The notes: generated by a model not told the origin, from the sequence alone. Counted from the stretch's first letter, positions 40,297 to 50,088 are shown. The stretch: 55,304 nucleotides of DNA from Candidatus Krumholzibacteriia bacterium (GCA_046484865.1 JAWOID010000007.1:1-55304), one strand, 5' to 3'. Made by a program: numbers and translations.

Positions 40297-40523
40297 TCGC
40301 GGCCGCTGCCAGCGGCCGGCGCTGCGTCGCCGGCACCCGCACGCACGGCGCGCGGGAACCCCACGCCCCCGGCCGCGTTCTGGGGGCGATGGCCGTGACG
40401 GTCGATTCCGGCTGCTCGCGGCCGCGGACCATGGAGGGTCCGCGACGGAGATGGGCATGAGGGAGAGCGCCCGATCCCAGACCTCAGTGCCCGGCTTCGA
40501 TCCACACGGCCCAAGGAGCCCGC

Positions 40524-41243
40524 ATGTTCAGCGCCCATTTTCTGGCCGCCCTCGGTTCGGCGGAACTCCTGAACCTGGTGGCGGAGACGACGTTCTTCGG
40601 CAAGTTCATCATGCTGGTGCTCTTCGTGATCTCGGTGCTCGCCTGGGCGGTGCTGGTGGAGAAGGGCCGCGTGCTGTCCGGCATCCGCAAGGGACACCTG
40701 GAGTTCTGGCGCGAATGTGACGCGTGGCTCGCAGGCCAGCGCAGCCGGGAGGAACTGGCGCGCTGGTGTGAGCGCCGCCCGGACCTGCCGCTCTGCAACC
40801 AGGTGGTGGAGACCGAAGGCATGGGCAGCGCGCCGGCCGTCCGCCGCGCCAGCGAGCGCGTCGCCTACCTGGAGATCGAGCGCCTGGAACGCTACCTGAT
40901 CGTCCTAGCCACCACGGTGACCATCGCGCCGTTCCTCGGGCTCATGGGCACGGTGTGGGGGATCATGACCAGCTTCTGGGACATGGCGAGTTCCCAGAGC
41001 GCCAGCCTGACCGTGGTGGCGCCCGGCATCGCCGAGGCGCTCATCACCACCATCATGGGTCTGGCCACCGCCATCCCGGCGGTGATCTTCTACAACATGC
41101 TCGTGCGCAAGATTGATCTGGTGGGCAACGAGATGGAGCGGTTGCGGACCATTCTCGAGGAAGAGGTCGGCGGCGGCGGCACGGGGACGGTGAACGGTCA
41201 TCCGGCCCGCCGGCCCGCCTTCCATGAGAAGGAGCGCATCTGA
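40524..41243 (+). CDS. tolQ: TolQ (MotA/TolQ/ExbB) proton channel
   Basis: APFLGLMGTVWGIM, VVAPGIAEALITT..GL..AIPA; first gene of the tol-pal cluster. Confidence 0.92.
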   Translation: MFSAHFLAALGSAELLNLVAETTFFGKFIMLVLFVISVLAWAVLVEKGRVLSGIRKGHLEFWRECDAWLAGQRSREELARWCERRPDLPLCNQVVETEGMGSAPAVRRASERVAYLEIERLERYLIVLATTVTIAPFLGLMGTVWGIMTSFWDMASSQSASLTVVAPGIAEALITTIMGLATAIPAVIFYNMLVRKIDLVGNEMERLRTILEEEVGGGGTGTVNGHPARRPAFHEKERI

Positions 41244-41641
41244 TGCGCAAAAAGGGCGCCTTTCGGAGCATGGCGGAGATCAACATCACCTCCCTGGTGG
41301 ACGTGACGCTCTGCCTGCTGATCATCTTCATGCTCACCGCGCCCTACATCCAGGGCGGGGTGGAGGTGGACCTGCCCGAGGCGGATACGCGCAGCGTGCT
41401 GGTGAAGGAGGGACCGGTCATCAGCGTCACGCGCGACCGCGAGGTCTACTTCGACCAGGAGACGATCAAGCTCGAGGACCTGCCTCTGCGCCTGGAGCCC
41501 TACCTCCCGGAGAAGGAGACCATCCCCGTTTACCTGCGCGCCGACCAGGAGGTCCCCTACGGCTTCGTGCTGAGGGTGATGGCCGCCGTGGAGCGCGCCG
41601 GCTTCGTGAACCTGAGCCTGGTCTCCGACCGGGAGACCTAG
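41243..41641 (+). CDS. tolR: TolR/ExbD
   Basis: EINITSLVDVTLCLLIIFMLTAP, VYLRAD..VPYG. Confidence 0.92.
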   Translation: MRKKGAFRSMAEINITSLVDVTLCLLIIFMLTAPYIQGGVEVDLPEADTRSVLVKEGPVISVTRDREVYFDQETIKLEDLPLRLEPYLPEKETIPVYLRADQEVPYGFVLRVMAAVERAGFVNLSLVSDRET

Positions 41642-41650
41642 AGGGAGTCC

Positions 41651-42382
41651 ATGAGTCGCGGGCTGCCGGTCTCCCTGCTCATCCACGTGCTCGCCCTGAC
41701 GGCGCTGCTGGTCCTGGGCGGGCAGGTGGCGCGGACGACGCCTCCGCTGGAGCGCGCCATCCGCGTGCGGCTGACCACGCCGTCCGAGCTCCCGGCGCTG
41801 CAGGAGCAACCTGCCGCCGCCCCGGTCGCCGAGCCGGAGCCGGCGCCGCCCGAGCCCCAGCCGGAGCGCCCCCGGCCGCAGCCCGAACTCGAGCCGAAGC
41901 AGCTGCCGGAGAAGCCGCGCGAGGAGCCGAAGCCCGTGGAACCCGAGCCGGTGCGACCGGAGCCGAAGACCGAGCAGAAGCCGGTCGAGCCGACCGAGGA
42001 CCCTCCGCGCGAGGTCGCGACCGCAGCGGCCGCAGCGACCGGGGACACCACGGCCATGTCGGCGCCCCAGGTGGCCACCGGGGCCGACTTCCCCTACGCG
42101 CACTACATCGATCTGGTCCAGCGACGGGTCTCGACCAACTGGCACCCGCCGCCCCTGAACAGCTACCGCGGCGCCACCCGGGCCTGCGTGGTGGAGTTCG
42201 TCATCGGCCGCGGTGGACAGGTGACGCGGGTGAGCCTCGCCGCTTCCAGCGGCGTGAGCTTCTTCGACCGCGAGGCGCTCGCGGCGGTGCGGGCGTCTTC
42301 GCCGCTGCCGCCGCTGCCGGCGCGGTTCGGCGGCCAGGAGTTGCCCGTCAGTGTCCGTTTCACCCTGAAGCCGGGCTTCTGA
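41651..42382 (+). CDS. tolA: TolA/TonB-family energy transducer
   Basis: SLLIH TM anchor, Pro/Glu-rich linker, TonB_C-like SSG...FDREAL.AV...PLPPLP; tol operon context. Confidence 0.82.
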   Translation: MSRGLPVSLLIHVLALTALLVLGGQVARTTPPLERAIRVRLTTPSELPALQEQPAAAPVAEPEPAPPEPQPERPRPQPELEPKQLPEKPREEPKPVEPEPVRPEPKTEQKPVEPTEDPPREVATAAAAATGDTTAMSAPQVATGADFPYAHYIDLVQRRVSTNWHPPPLNSYRGATRACVVEFVIGRGGQVTRVSLAASSGVSFFDREALAAVRASSPLPPLPARFGGQELPVSVRFTLKPGF

Positions 42383-42440
42383 CCGTAGTCGAAGACCCGG
42401 CGAGATCGGGCGGCCCTGCCGCCGCCGACACGGGAGAGAG

Positions 42441-43799
42441 ATGACGCGAGAGATCCCCGGGCGCGGCTGCAGCGCGCCATCCCTCGGGCGCCGGCGCCGT
42501 CGCCTGGCGCGGTCCCTGGGCATCGTCTTGCTGCTGGCCCTGGCGGCGTCGGCGGCCGGTCCGGCCGCAGCCCAGACCAGCGGTCGCATCCACATCGACA
42601 TCGAGAAGACGTCCCTGCGTCGGATCGCCGTGCAGGTGGGCCTGCTCGACGTCCTGTCGGGCGGCGTGGAGTCGGTGGCCGCCGCCGACCGCATCGAGGA
42701 CGTCCTCGCCCGCGACCTCCGCTACAGCGGGTACTTCGACGTGGGCGTGGGCGAGACTCCCGCGCCCGGCGACACGCTCCGGTACGAGTTCACCATCGAC
42801 GGCACCGTGGAAGGCCCGCTGCGCGATGCCCGTCAGACCGGCGAGAACGCGCCGACCACGGTGAACCTGCAGCTCATGACCTATCCCGACCGGCAGATGG
42901 TGCTCTCGAAGCGTTACCGGCCCTTGCCGGACCAGATGGGCGTGACGGCCCACCATTTCGCCAACGAGGTCATCCAGATGCTCACCGGCTCGCCGGGCAT
43001 CGCGCTCACGCGCATCGCCTTCTCGCGCGGGCACGGCGACCGGCGCGACCTCTGGGTGGTGGACTACGACGGCGAGAACCTGCTGCGGATCACGGCCAAC
43101 CGCACGTTGAACCTCTGTCCGAGCTGGTCCCCCGACGGCACGGAGATCGCCTTCACCTCCTACTCGGACCACCAGCAGGGTCTCTTCTCGCTGGCGACGG
43201 CGAGCGGCAAGGTACGCAAGATCATCCAGCAGCAGGGGCTGAACCTCGGGGCCGACTGGCACCCGTCCGGTCGGGAAATGCTCCTGTCGATGTCCCACAG
43301 CGGTGATCCGGAGATCTACCGCGTGTCGCCGACGGGGGAGATCCTGCGGCGGGTGACCGTCTCGCCCGCGATCGAGGTGAGCCCGGCGTGGAATCCGGCC
43401 GGCAACCGCGTCGTTTTTACGAGTGACAGGACCGGGACCCCGCAGTTATACATGATGGATGCCGACGGCGCCGGGCGGGAGCGCCTCACCTACGAGGGTC
43501 GCTACAACGATTCGGCGGCGTGGTCGCCGAGCGGGGACAAGCTGGTCTACGCCATGCGCGAGAGCAACTTCACCCAGCTCGTGATGATCTCCACGACCGG
43601 AGAGGACCGCCGCATCCTCACCAATGCCTCGTGGCGCAATGCGGAGGATCCGAGCTGGGCGCCGGACGGCCGCCACGTGGTTTTCGCCTCTGACCGCACC
43701 GGCACATTCAAGCTGTACATCCTGGACGTCGTGGACGGAGAATGGCGGCAACTGACGTACGGCGAGGAGCCGGACATCACTCCCGACTGGTCGCCGTGA
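42441..43799 (+). CDS. tolB: TolB beta-propeller protein
   Basis: Signal peptide, AHHFANE, TRIAF, repeated PxWSPDG (PD40) motifs. Confidence 0.93.
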   Translation: MTREIPGRGCSAPSLGRRRRRLARSLGIVLLLALAASAAGPAAAQTSGRIHIDIEKTSLRRIAVQVGLLDVLSGGVESVAAADRIEDVLARDLRYSGYFDVGVGETPAPGDTLRYEFTIDGTVEGPLRDARQTGENAPTTVNLQLMTYPDRQMVLSKRYRPLPDQMGVTAHHFANEVIQMLTGSPGIALTRIAFSRGHGDRRDLWVVDYDGENLLRITANRTLNLCPSWSPDGTEIAFTSYSDHQQGLFSLATASGKVRKIIQQQGLNLGADWHPSGREMLLSMSHSGDPEIYRVSPTGEILRRVTVSPAIEVSPAWNPAGNRVVFTSDRTGTPQLYMMDADGAGRERLTYEGRYNDSAAWSPSGDKLVYAMRESNFTQLVMISTTGEDRRILTNASWRNAEDPSWAPDGRHVVFASDRTGTFKLYILDVVDGEWRQLTYGEEPDITPDWSP

Positions 43800-43840
43800 C
43801 CGGTCCGGGGCAATGGACCATCCAAAGGAGTTGGAACGAC

Positions 43841-44404
43841 ATGAAGAGCGGTCGCACTGAGTACAAGAGCTGGCAGCTGGCAGTCCTGAGCGCTGCGCTG
43901 CTGATCGTCGGTCTCGGACTCATGGCCGGTTGTGGCGGGAAGCAAGAGGTGGAGACCGAGCCGGCCCCGGAGGCGCCGCCGGTGCAGGAGGACGTGGATC
44001 GACCGATGGTTCCCGAGGAGGAAGAGATCGACGACGGCACCGCATTGCGGGACTACTCGGTGGAGCAGCCGCAGGACTACGGCGTGGAGGACGTGTTCTT
44101 CGCGTTCGACAGCTCCTCGCTGACGGCCGAGGCCATGTCGACGCTCTCGCAGAACGCGCGCATTTTGCGCGAAGTCGGGACGACCGTGGTCGTCGAGGGC
44201 CATTGCGACGAGCGCGGCACCGTGGAGTACAACCTGGCTCTGGGCGAGCGGCGGGCCAACTCGGTGCGGGACTACCTGGTGAGCCTGGGCGTGCCCGGCG
44301 GTCAGCTGCGCACGGTGAGCTACGGCGAGAGCCGTCCGTTCGCTGCCGGTCACGACGAGACGGCCTGGGCGCTGAACCGGCGCGCGCACTTCACGCGACC
44401 GTGA
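43841..44404 (+). CDS. pal: Peptidoglycan-associated lipoprotein
   Basis: Lipobox MAGC, FFAFDS, EGHCDERGTVEYNLALGERRA, SYGE, NRR. Confidence 0.95.
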   Translation: MKSGRTEYKSWQLAVLSAALLIVGLGLMAGCGGKQEVETEPAPEAPPVQEDVDRPMVPEEEEIDDGTALRDYSVEQPQDYGVEDVFFAFDSSSLTAEAMSTLSQNARILREVGTTVVVEGHCDERGTVEYNLALGERRANSVRDYLVSLGVPGGQLRTVSYGESRPFAAGHDETAWALNRRAHFTRP

Positions 44405-44459
44405 CGGCGCGGCGGAAAGCCGCTGCGGGCAGGACGCATCAACGAACGAGGAGCGGAGC

Positions 44460-45245
44460 ATGAGGACGCGGAGCAAGCTGCGCCGGGCCGCTGTCCTGGG
44501 CGGAGCCGTGGTGGTCGTCCTGGTGGCAGGAGGGTGCGCGCCCCAGCTCGACCGCATCGAGCTGAACGTGCAGGAGACCCGCGACGGCATGGCGGAGCTG
44601 AAGGCGGAGAACACCCGCACGCAGCAGGAACTGACCGCCCTCACCACCATGATCCGGGCCGACCGGGGCCTGGTGGGAGAAACCGACGCCCAGCGCACGG
44701 CGTTCCTGGCGCAGCTCTCGCGCCAGATCGACCAGTTGGAGCAGCTCATCCGGGACAACGCCCAGTACACGCGCGATCTGTCCGCGCGGGTGGACCTGCT
44801 GGCGTCCCGTTCGGGCGTGCCCACGCTGGGCGAGTACAAGCCGCCGGCCCGGGATGCGGTCGCGGATCTGCCGGAGGAGGCCCGCACGATCTACCAGGCG
44901 GCGGAGCTCGATCGCGATCGGGGCAACCGCGAGCTGGCCAGAGCCGGGTACGAGGAGTTCCTGGAGCGGTTCCCGCGCAGCGAACTGGCGGACGATGCGC
45001 TGTACTGGATGGGCGCCATGGCGCAGGACGCCGGCGAGTGCGAGGAGGCGCTGTCGCACCTCGGCCTGCTGCTGTCCCGGTTCCCGCAGTCGGAGCGGTC
45101 GCCGTCGGCGTTGATGAAGTCGGCCGTCTGCCTCGACGCCATCGGCGAGGCGGCGGAGGCGACGCGCATGCGCGAGGAGTTGCTGGCGCGGTACCCGAGC
45201 TCGGACGAGGCAGGCCTCGTGCGGGCCCAGAGCCAGGAGAGATGA
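44460..45245 (+). CDS. cpoB: CpoB/YbgF-like coiled-coil plus TPR lipoprotein
   Basis: AGGC lipobox, coiled coil, FP.S.LADDALYW.G, FPQS; follows pal. Confidence 0.85.
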   Translation: MRTRSKLRRAAVLGGAVVVVLVAGGCAPQLDRIELNVQETRDGMAELKAENTRTQQELTALTTMIRADRGLVGETDAQRTAFLAQLSRQIDQLEQLIRDNAQYTRDLSARVDLLASRSGVPTLGEYKPPARDAVADLPEEARTIYQAAELDRDRGNRELARAGYEEFLERFPRSELADDALYWMGAMAQDAGECEEALSHLGLLLSRFPQSERSPSALMKSAVCLDAIGEAAEATRMREELLARYPSSDEAGLVRAQSQER

Positions 45246-45246
45246 C

Positions 45247-45573
45247 GTGTCCAAGCACCAGGTCCTGCGTCTGGCCCGGACTCTCGATCAGGCGTTCCGC
45301 CCGGTAGAGATCTGCGAGCTGGATGACGACTACCACGCCTTCATCGTGCGCTACAGCGGCGAGTACACCACCCACGCACACGAACGGGACGAGTTCATCT
45401 ACATCATGGAAGGCGCCGTGAACTTCGAGATGGGGGGCGACGAGGTGGAGGTCAGGCAGGGAGAGGCGATCCTGATCCCCGCCGGCCGCAACCATCGACC
45501 CCGCTGCCCCAATTTCGCCCTGGGGCTGGTGGTGGAGGCGAAGGGTCTGCAGACCGGGGACGAGCGTTCCTGA
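45247..45573 (+). CDS. Cupin domain protein
   Basis: GEY..HAHE.DEFIYIMEG, GE..LIPAG..HRP. Confidence 0.85.
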   Translation: MSKHQVLRLARTLDQAFRPVEICELDDDYHAFIVRYSGEYTTHAHERDEFIYIMEGAVNFEMGGDEVEVRQGEAILIPAGRNHRPRCPNFALGLVVEAKGLQTGDERS

Positions 45574-45613
45574 CCCCACGCGCCCCGGGGGGCGCACGCC
45601 GCCGGAAGAACGA

Positions 45614-45643
45614 CGAGGGCCCGGACTCCGGTCCGGGCCCTCG
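45614..45643. terminator. Probable bidirectional terminator between convergent genes
   Basis: Perfect 13-bp stem cgagggcccggac / gtccgggccctcg with a 4-nt loop; U-rich tail better on the minus strand. Confidence 0.7.
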
Positions 45644-45681
45644 CGTCGTGCCGGGCGTCGGCGCCCTGGCGGAGACGGAAA

Positions 45682-46428
45682 TCAGCGGTAGATGCCCTTC
45701 ACGGCGGTCCAGGTCAGCGGATCGGCCGCCACCTGGGCCGTCGTGGTGACCAGAATGTCGTCGATGAAGAGCATGCCCGTGGTGTCGGGATCGTTGTCGA
45801 TGCCGACATAGAAGCCGCCGATGCCGCGGCCGCTGGTGACGCCGATCGGCTGGTCGGTGAGCCTGGGCTCGCCGTTGACCGTCAGGCTGTAGGTGCCGGC
45901 GTCGAGATCGAAGACGAAGACCACGTCGTAGGCGGTATTGGTGACATAGGTGTCAACCGCCGTCTCGGGCGTGCCGGCGTCGCTCCAGTGGACGGCGCCG
46001 TCGGATTTGAAGATGAGATCGGCGAAGTTGCTGGCGCGACCACCCTGCTCCCGCACCGAGAAGGAGCAGTTGTTGTGGTTGCTGAAGCTGAGGGTGGCCT
46101 GCAAGGTCACCTGGCCGGTGGTCACCTCGACGTTGTTGATGAACTCGAACTGCACGTAAGCCGCCTGGTCGGTCCAGCGGTCGGTCAGCTTCAGGGCGTT
46201 CGAGATCGTCGGGGCGAGCGCCACGATGGCGTCGGTGCCGCCGAGATCGACGGGTTCGCCGGCGGCGGCGCCACCGACCCCGATCACCTCGCCGATCGTG
46301 TGGTAGGTGAAGTCGGCCTGAAGGATCACGTCGGCGGCGGCGGGCGCGGCCATCGCGATCACGGCGAGGCCCACGATCAGGGCGCTCAGCGGACCGCGTG
46401 CATTCTGGAAGTCGGTAACGCTCTGCAC
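45682..46428 (-). CDS. Secreted beta-sandwich (lectin/LamG-like) protein with C-terminal TWxxVKxxYR motif
   Basis: GTG after GGAGGAG; signal peptide ending AAPAAA; beta-rich body; ends QVAADPLTWTAVKGIYR. Confidence 0.82.
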   Translation of the reverse strand: MQSVTDFQNARGPLSALIVGLAVIAMAAPAAADVILQADFTYHTIGEVIGVGGAAAGEPVDLGGTDAIVALAPTISNALKLTDRWTDQAAYVQFEFINNVEVTTGQVTLQATLSFSNHNNCSFSVREQGGRASNFADLIFKSDGAVHWSDAGTPETAVDTYVTNTAYDVVFVFDLDAGTYSLTVNGEPRLTDQPIGVTSGRGIGGFYVGIDNDPDTTGMLFIDDILVTTTAQVAADPLTWTAVKGIYR

Positions 46429-46576
46429 GACCTCTCCTCCTTCCGGTCGCCGGACCGGTTCCACTCGGTGCCCACGACCCTGTTCATGTCTGCCGCCCCG
46501 GCAGCCGTGCCGCGAGATGCGACGGGAGCGGACGGATCGGCGTTCGACCCATGGACTTCGCAAGTCCTGTGCCGAC

Positions 46577-46604
46577 GTATCGACGCCCGCCCGGCCGGCT
46601 TGAG
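46577..46604 (-). promoter_or_regulatory. sigma28/FliA-like promoter for the secreted protein gene
   Basis: Minus strand CTCAAG-N14-GTCGATAC. Confidence 0.6.
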
Positions 46605-46722
46605 CGCCGAAACGATGCGCCGCGATGGGGAAGCGGCGGGAATCGGCGGCGAAAAATGCCGCTAGCCGAAAGGAGATCCGGAGCGAGGAAAAGGAAAACG
46701 GCTCGGCCGTCCGTCCGGTGCC

Positions 46723-47769
46723 TCAGAGGCCGACGGCGGTTCCCGACAGCATCTTCTCGATCCACAGCACCGTGTCGCGGCTGCCGATGAACAGCGGCGT
46801 GCGCTGATGGAGATCGGTCGGCTTGGCGTCGAGGATCGGACCGGCGCCGTCGCTGGCATAGCCGCCGGCGTTCTCGCAGATGAGGGCCAGGGGGGCCGCC
46901 TCGCACATGAGCCGCAGCTTGCCCCGGGGCTTGTCGCGGGTGCCCGGATACAGGAACACCCCGCCGTAGAGCAGGTTGCGGTGGAAGTCGGACACCAGGG
47001 AACCGATGTAGCGGCTGGTCATCCCGCTGCCCGTTCCTTCGCGCGGCGCCTCGGGATCACTGCCGCGCCCGTACTTGAGCTGGCGCAGCACCTCCTGCAT
47101 CTCCGGCGTCCAGCGCGGTTCGTAGGCCTCGTTCACGGAGTAGATCCCGGCCTCGAACGGCGTGCGGATGTCCTCGTGGCTCAGGAGGAACTCGCCGATG
47201 CTGGGATCGAGCGTGAAGCCGTGCACGCCGTGTCCGGTGGTGTAGACGAACATCGTGCTCGATCCGTAGATGACGTACCCGGCGGCGGCGAGCGAGCGGC
47301 CCGGCTGCAGCACGTCGTGCTCGCCCACGTGACTCAGTGGCGAGAAGCGCCGGTAGATGCCGAAGATGGTGCCGACCGACACGTTGGCGTCGATGTTGCT
47401 GCTGCCGTCCAGCGGGTCGAACACCACGATGTAGCGGCCGCTGCCCTCGCCGGTGTCGGGATACACGCAGTCGGCCATCTCCTCCGAACTCAGGGCGCAG
47501 ACCTGCCCCTTGGTGCCCAGGCAGCGCACGAAGATCTCGTTGGCGTACTCGTCGAGCTTCTGCACGTCCTCGCCCTGCACGTTGCGCGACCCGGTGCCGC
47601 CGAGGATGTCCACCAGCCCCGCCTTGCGTACCTCCCGGGTGACGATCTTGGCGGCGAAGGTGATGTCGTTCAGCAGGCCGGTGAAATCGCCGCTGGCGGC
47701 CGGGTGCAGCCTCTGCATCTGGAGGATGTGGGATTCGACGGTCTGCAGGTTCTTGGGCGGCTTGGTCAT
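46723..47769 (-). CDS. fbp: Class 1 fructose-1,6-bisphosphatase
   Basis: NVQGEDVQKLD, SEE, FDPLDGSSNID.NVSVGTIF, SRYIGSLVSDFHRNLLYGG, GKLRL..E..P, HQRTP. Confidence 0.96.
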   Translation of the reverse strand: MTKPPKNLQTVESHILQMQRLHPAASGDFTGLLNDITFAAKIVTREVRKAGLVDILGGTGSRNVQGEDVQKLDEYANEIFVRCLGTKGQVCALSSEEMADCVYPDTGEGSGRYIVVFDPLDGSSNIDANVSVGTIFGIYRRFSPLSHVGEHDVLQPGRSLAAAGYVIYGSSTMFVYTTGHGVHGFTLDPSIGEFLLSHEDIRTPFEAGIYSVNEAYEPRWTPEMQEVLRQLKYGRGSDPEAPREGTGSGMTSRYIGSLVSDFHRNLLYGGVFLYPGTRDKPRGKLRLMCEAAPLALICENAGGYASDGAGPILDAKPTDLHQRTPLFIGSRDTVLWIEKMLSGTAVGL

Positions 47770-48129
47770 GGCGGCGCGCGGGCTCCTCGTCCGGGTTGGG
47801 AACGGGCGCCGTTCGAGGTCCATCCGGCGCCCAGCTCGGCGACCCCATGGTAGCATCATCCTTCCACCGTCACACCCGCATTCCCCGCCGGCGCGGGTCG
47901 TCGGCGATCCGGGTGAACCCCCGGGAACGCCGGAGGGCCGCCGCGGAGCGCCGTGGAGCCGTCGCCGAACCGGCTTGCCTCCCGTCGAAATGTTTGCCAT
48001 CGTGGCCGGGCACACCGAAAGCGGTGCCGCAGCCCGGCTGCCGTGGAGCACGGGGCCGCGCCGCGCGACTTCGCCGCCGCCGGTCCCCACGGGGCCGGCC
48101 GCGTCACGCAGCGGGAAGGAGGAGGACCA

Positions 48130-49803
48130 ATGCCCAATGCGATCTACGAGGTGCCGAGCCCGTACAACGAGCCGGTCCGCGACTACGAACCCGGCAGCGA
48201 GGACCGCGAGCAACTCAAGGCGGCGGTGGCCGAAATGGCCGGTCGCCAGGTGGAGATCCCCCTGATCATCGGCGGCCAGGAGGTGCGCACCGGCGACCTG
48301 GGCAAGTGCGTGGTCCCGCACGACCACGGCCACGTGCTGGGCACCTACCACAAGGCCGGCGCCAAGGAAGTGAAGCAGGCGGTGGCGGCCGCGCGCAAGG
48401 CGCGCCGCGACTGGGCCGCCCTGCCCTGGGAGACCCGCGCCGCGGTCCTGCTGCGCGCCGCCGAACTGCTGGCCGGACCCCACCGGATGATCGTCAACGC
48501 CGCCACCATGCTGGGGCAGAGCAAGACCTCCCACCAGGCCGAGATCGACAGCGCCTGCGAGCTGATCGACTTCTGGCGCTGGAACCCGTTCTTCTACCAG
48601 CAGATCCTCGAGGAGCAGCCGTACAGCAGCCCGGGCGTGTGGAACTCGGTGGAGCAGCGCCCGCTCGACGGCTTCGTGTTCGCGGTCACGCCCTTCAACT
48701 TCACGAGCATCGCCGGCAATCTGCCCACGGCGCCCGCGCTCATGGGCAACACGGTGGTGTGGAAGCCGGCGTCGAGCGCCGTCTACAGCGCCTACCACAT
48801 CATGAAGGTGCTCGAGGCCGCCGGCTTCCCGCCCGGTGTGATCAACATGGTGCCCGGCAGCGGCGGCCAGGTGGGCACGCCGGCCTTCAGCCATCCCGAG
48901 CTGGCGGGAGTCCACTTCACCGGCAGCACGGGCGTGTTCAACGCCATGTGGAAGCAGATCGGCGAGAACATCGCCAGCTACGGCACCTATCCGCGCATCG
49001 TGGGCGAGACCGGCGGCAAGGACTTCGTGTTCGCCCACGCCAGCGCCGACGTGGACGCACTCGTGACCGCGCTCGTGCGCGGCGCCTTCGAGTACCAGGG
49101 GCAGAAGTGCTCGGCCGCCAGCCGCGCCTTCATCCCGGACAACCTCTGGCCGACGGTGAAGAAGAAGCTGATCGCCGAGGTCAAGTCGATCGAGATGGGC
49201 GACCCGACCGACTTCAAGAACTTCATGGGCGCGGTGATCGACCGCGGCGCGTACGACTCGATCAAGGGATACATCGACCGGACTCGCAAGGCGCGCGGCC
49301 AGGCGAAGATCCTCTGCGGCGGCCGCTGCGACGACAGCCAGGGCTATTTCATCGAGCCCACGGTGATCGAAGCCGCCGACCCGGGCTACGAGAGCATGGT
49401 GGAGGAGATCTTCGGCCCGGTGCTGTCGATCCACGTCTATCCCGAAGGAGACTGGCTGAAGACGGCCCGCGTGTGCGACAAGGCCAGCCCGTACGCGCTG
49501 ACCGGCGCCGTGTTCGCCGAGGACCGCGGCGTGATCGTCAAGCTGAAGGACGAACTGACCTACACCGCCGGCAACTTCTACATCAACGACAAGCCGACAG
49601 GCGCCGTCGTCGGCCAGCAACCCTTCGGCGGCGGCCGCGCCTCGGGCACGAACGACAAGGCCGGCAGCTACCTGAACCTGCTGCGCTGGGTGAGTCCGCG
49701 CACGGTGAAGGAGACCTTCGTGCCCCCCCGTTCGTACCGCTACCCGTACATGGACGACGAGGCGAGCGGGAAGGGCAGCAAATCCGGCAAGAGCCGAACG
49801 TGA
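48130..49803 (+). CDS. pruA: L-glutamate gamma-semialdehyde (P5C) dehydrogenase
   Basis: NEP, QAEIDSACELIDF, PFNFT, HFTGST, GETGGKDF, YQGQKCSA, GQQPFGGGRASGTNDKAG. Confidence 0.96.
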   Translation: MPNAIYEVPSPYNEPVRDYEPGSEDREQLKAAVAEMAGRQVEIPLIIGGQEVRTGDLGKCVVPHDHGHVLGTYHKAGAKEVKQAVAAARKARRDWAALPWETRAAVLLRAAELLAGPHRMIVNAATMLGQSKTSHQAEIDSACELIDFWRWNPFFYQQILEEQPYSSPGVWNSVEQRPLDGFVFAVTPFNFTSIAGNLPTAPALMGNTVVWKPASSAVYSAYHIMKVLEAAGFPPGVINMVPGSGGQVGTPAFSHPELAGVHFTGSTGVFNAMWKQIGENIASYGTYPRIVGETGGKDFVFAHASADVDALVTALVRGAFEYQGQKCSAASRAFIPDNLWPTVKKKLIAEVKSIEMGDPTDFKNFMGAVIDRGAYDSIKGYIDRTRKARGQAKILCGGRCDDSQGYFIEPTVIEAADPGYESMVEEIFGPVLSIHVYPEGDWLKTARVCDKASPYALTGAVFAEDRGVIVKLKDELTYTAGNFYINDKPTGAVVGQQPFGGGRASGTNDKAGSYLNLLRWVSPRTVKETFVPPRSYRYPYMDDEASGKGSKSGKSRT

Positions 49804-49994
49804 GGCGACGGCGGCCGTGAGGTGACGGTGGCCGTGAGGTGATGGCGGCTGCGGGGTGGTGGCGGCCGGTGGTGATCGCGGGAGCGATGGTGGCCGGCGG
49901 TGATCGTGGCGCGAAGTGATCGCGGTCGTGAGGTGATGGCGGCTGCGGGGCGATCGCGGTCGGCGCTGTTCGCGGCCGTGAGGTGGTCGCGGTC
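49800..49994 (+). repeat. Degenerate 17-bp tandem repeat, about 12 units, consensus near GTGAGGTGATSGCGGYC
   Basis: gtgaggcgacggcggcc gtgaggtgacggtggcc gtgaggtgatggcggct ... gtgaggtggtcgcggtc; the first unit contains the pruA stop. Confidence 0.85.
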
Positions 49995-50010
49995 GTGGAA
50001 GAGTGAGCGA

Positions 50011-50044
50011 TCGAGGGGCGGTTCCGACGAGGACCGCCCCTCGA
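50011..50044. terminator. Hairpin, probable terminator between pruA and tRNA-Leu
   Basis: 12-bp perfect stem tcgaggggcggt / accgcccctcga; weak U tail. Confidence 0.55.
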
Positions 50045-50088
50045 CGTCTTGAGGCAGCGCAGCCGCGTGTGGTGGAGCCGATCGACTG

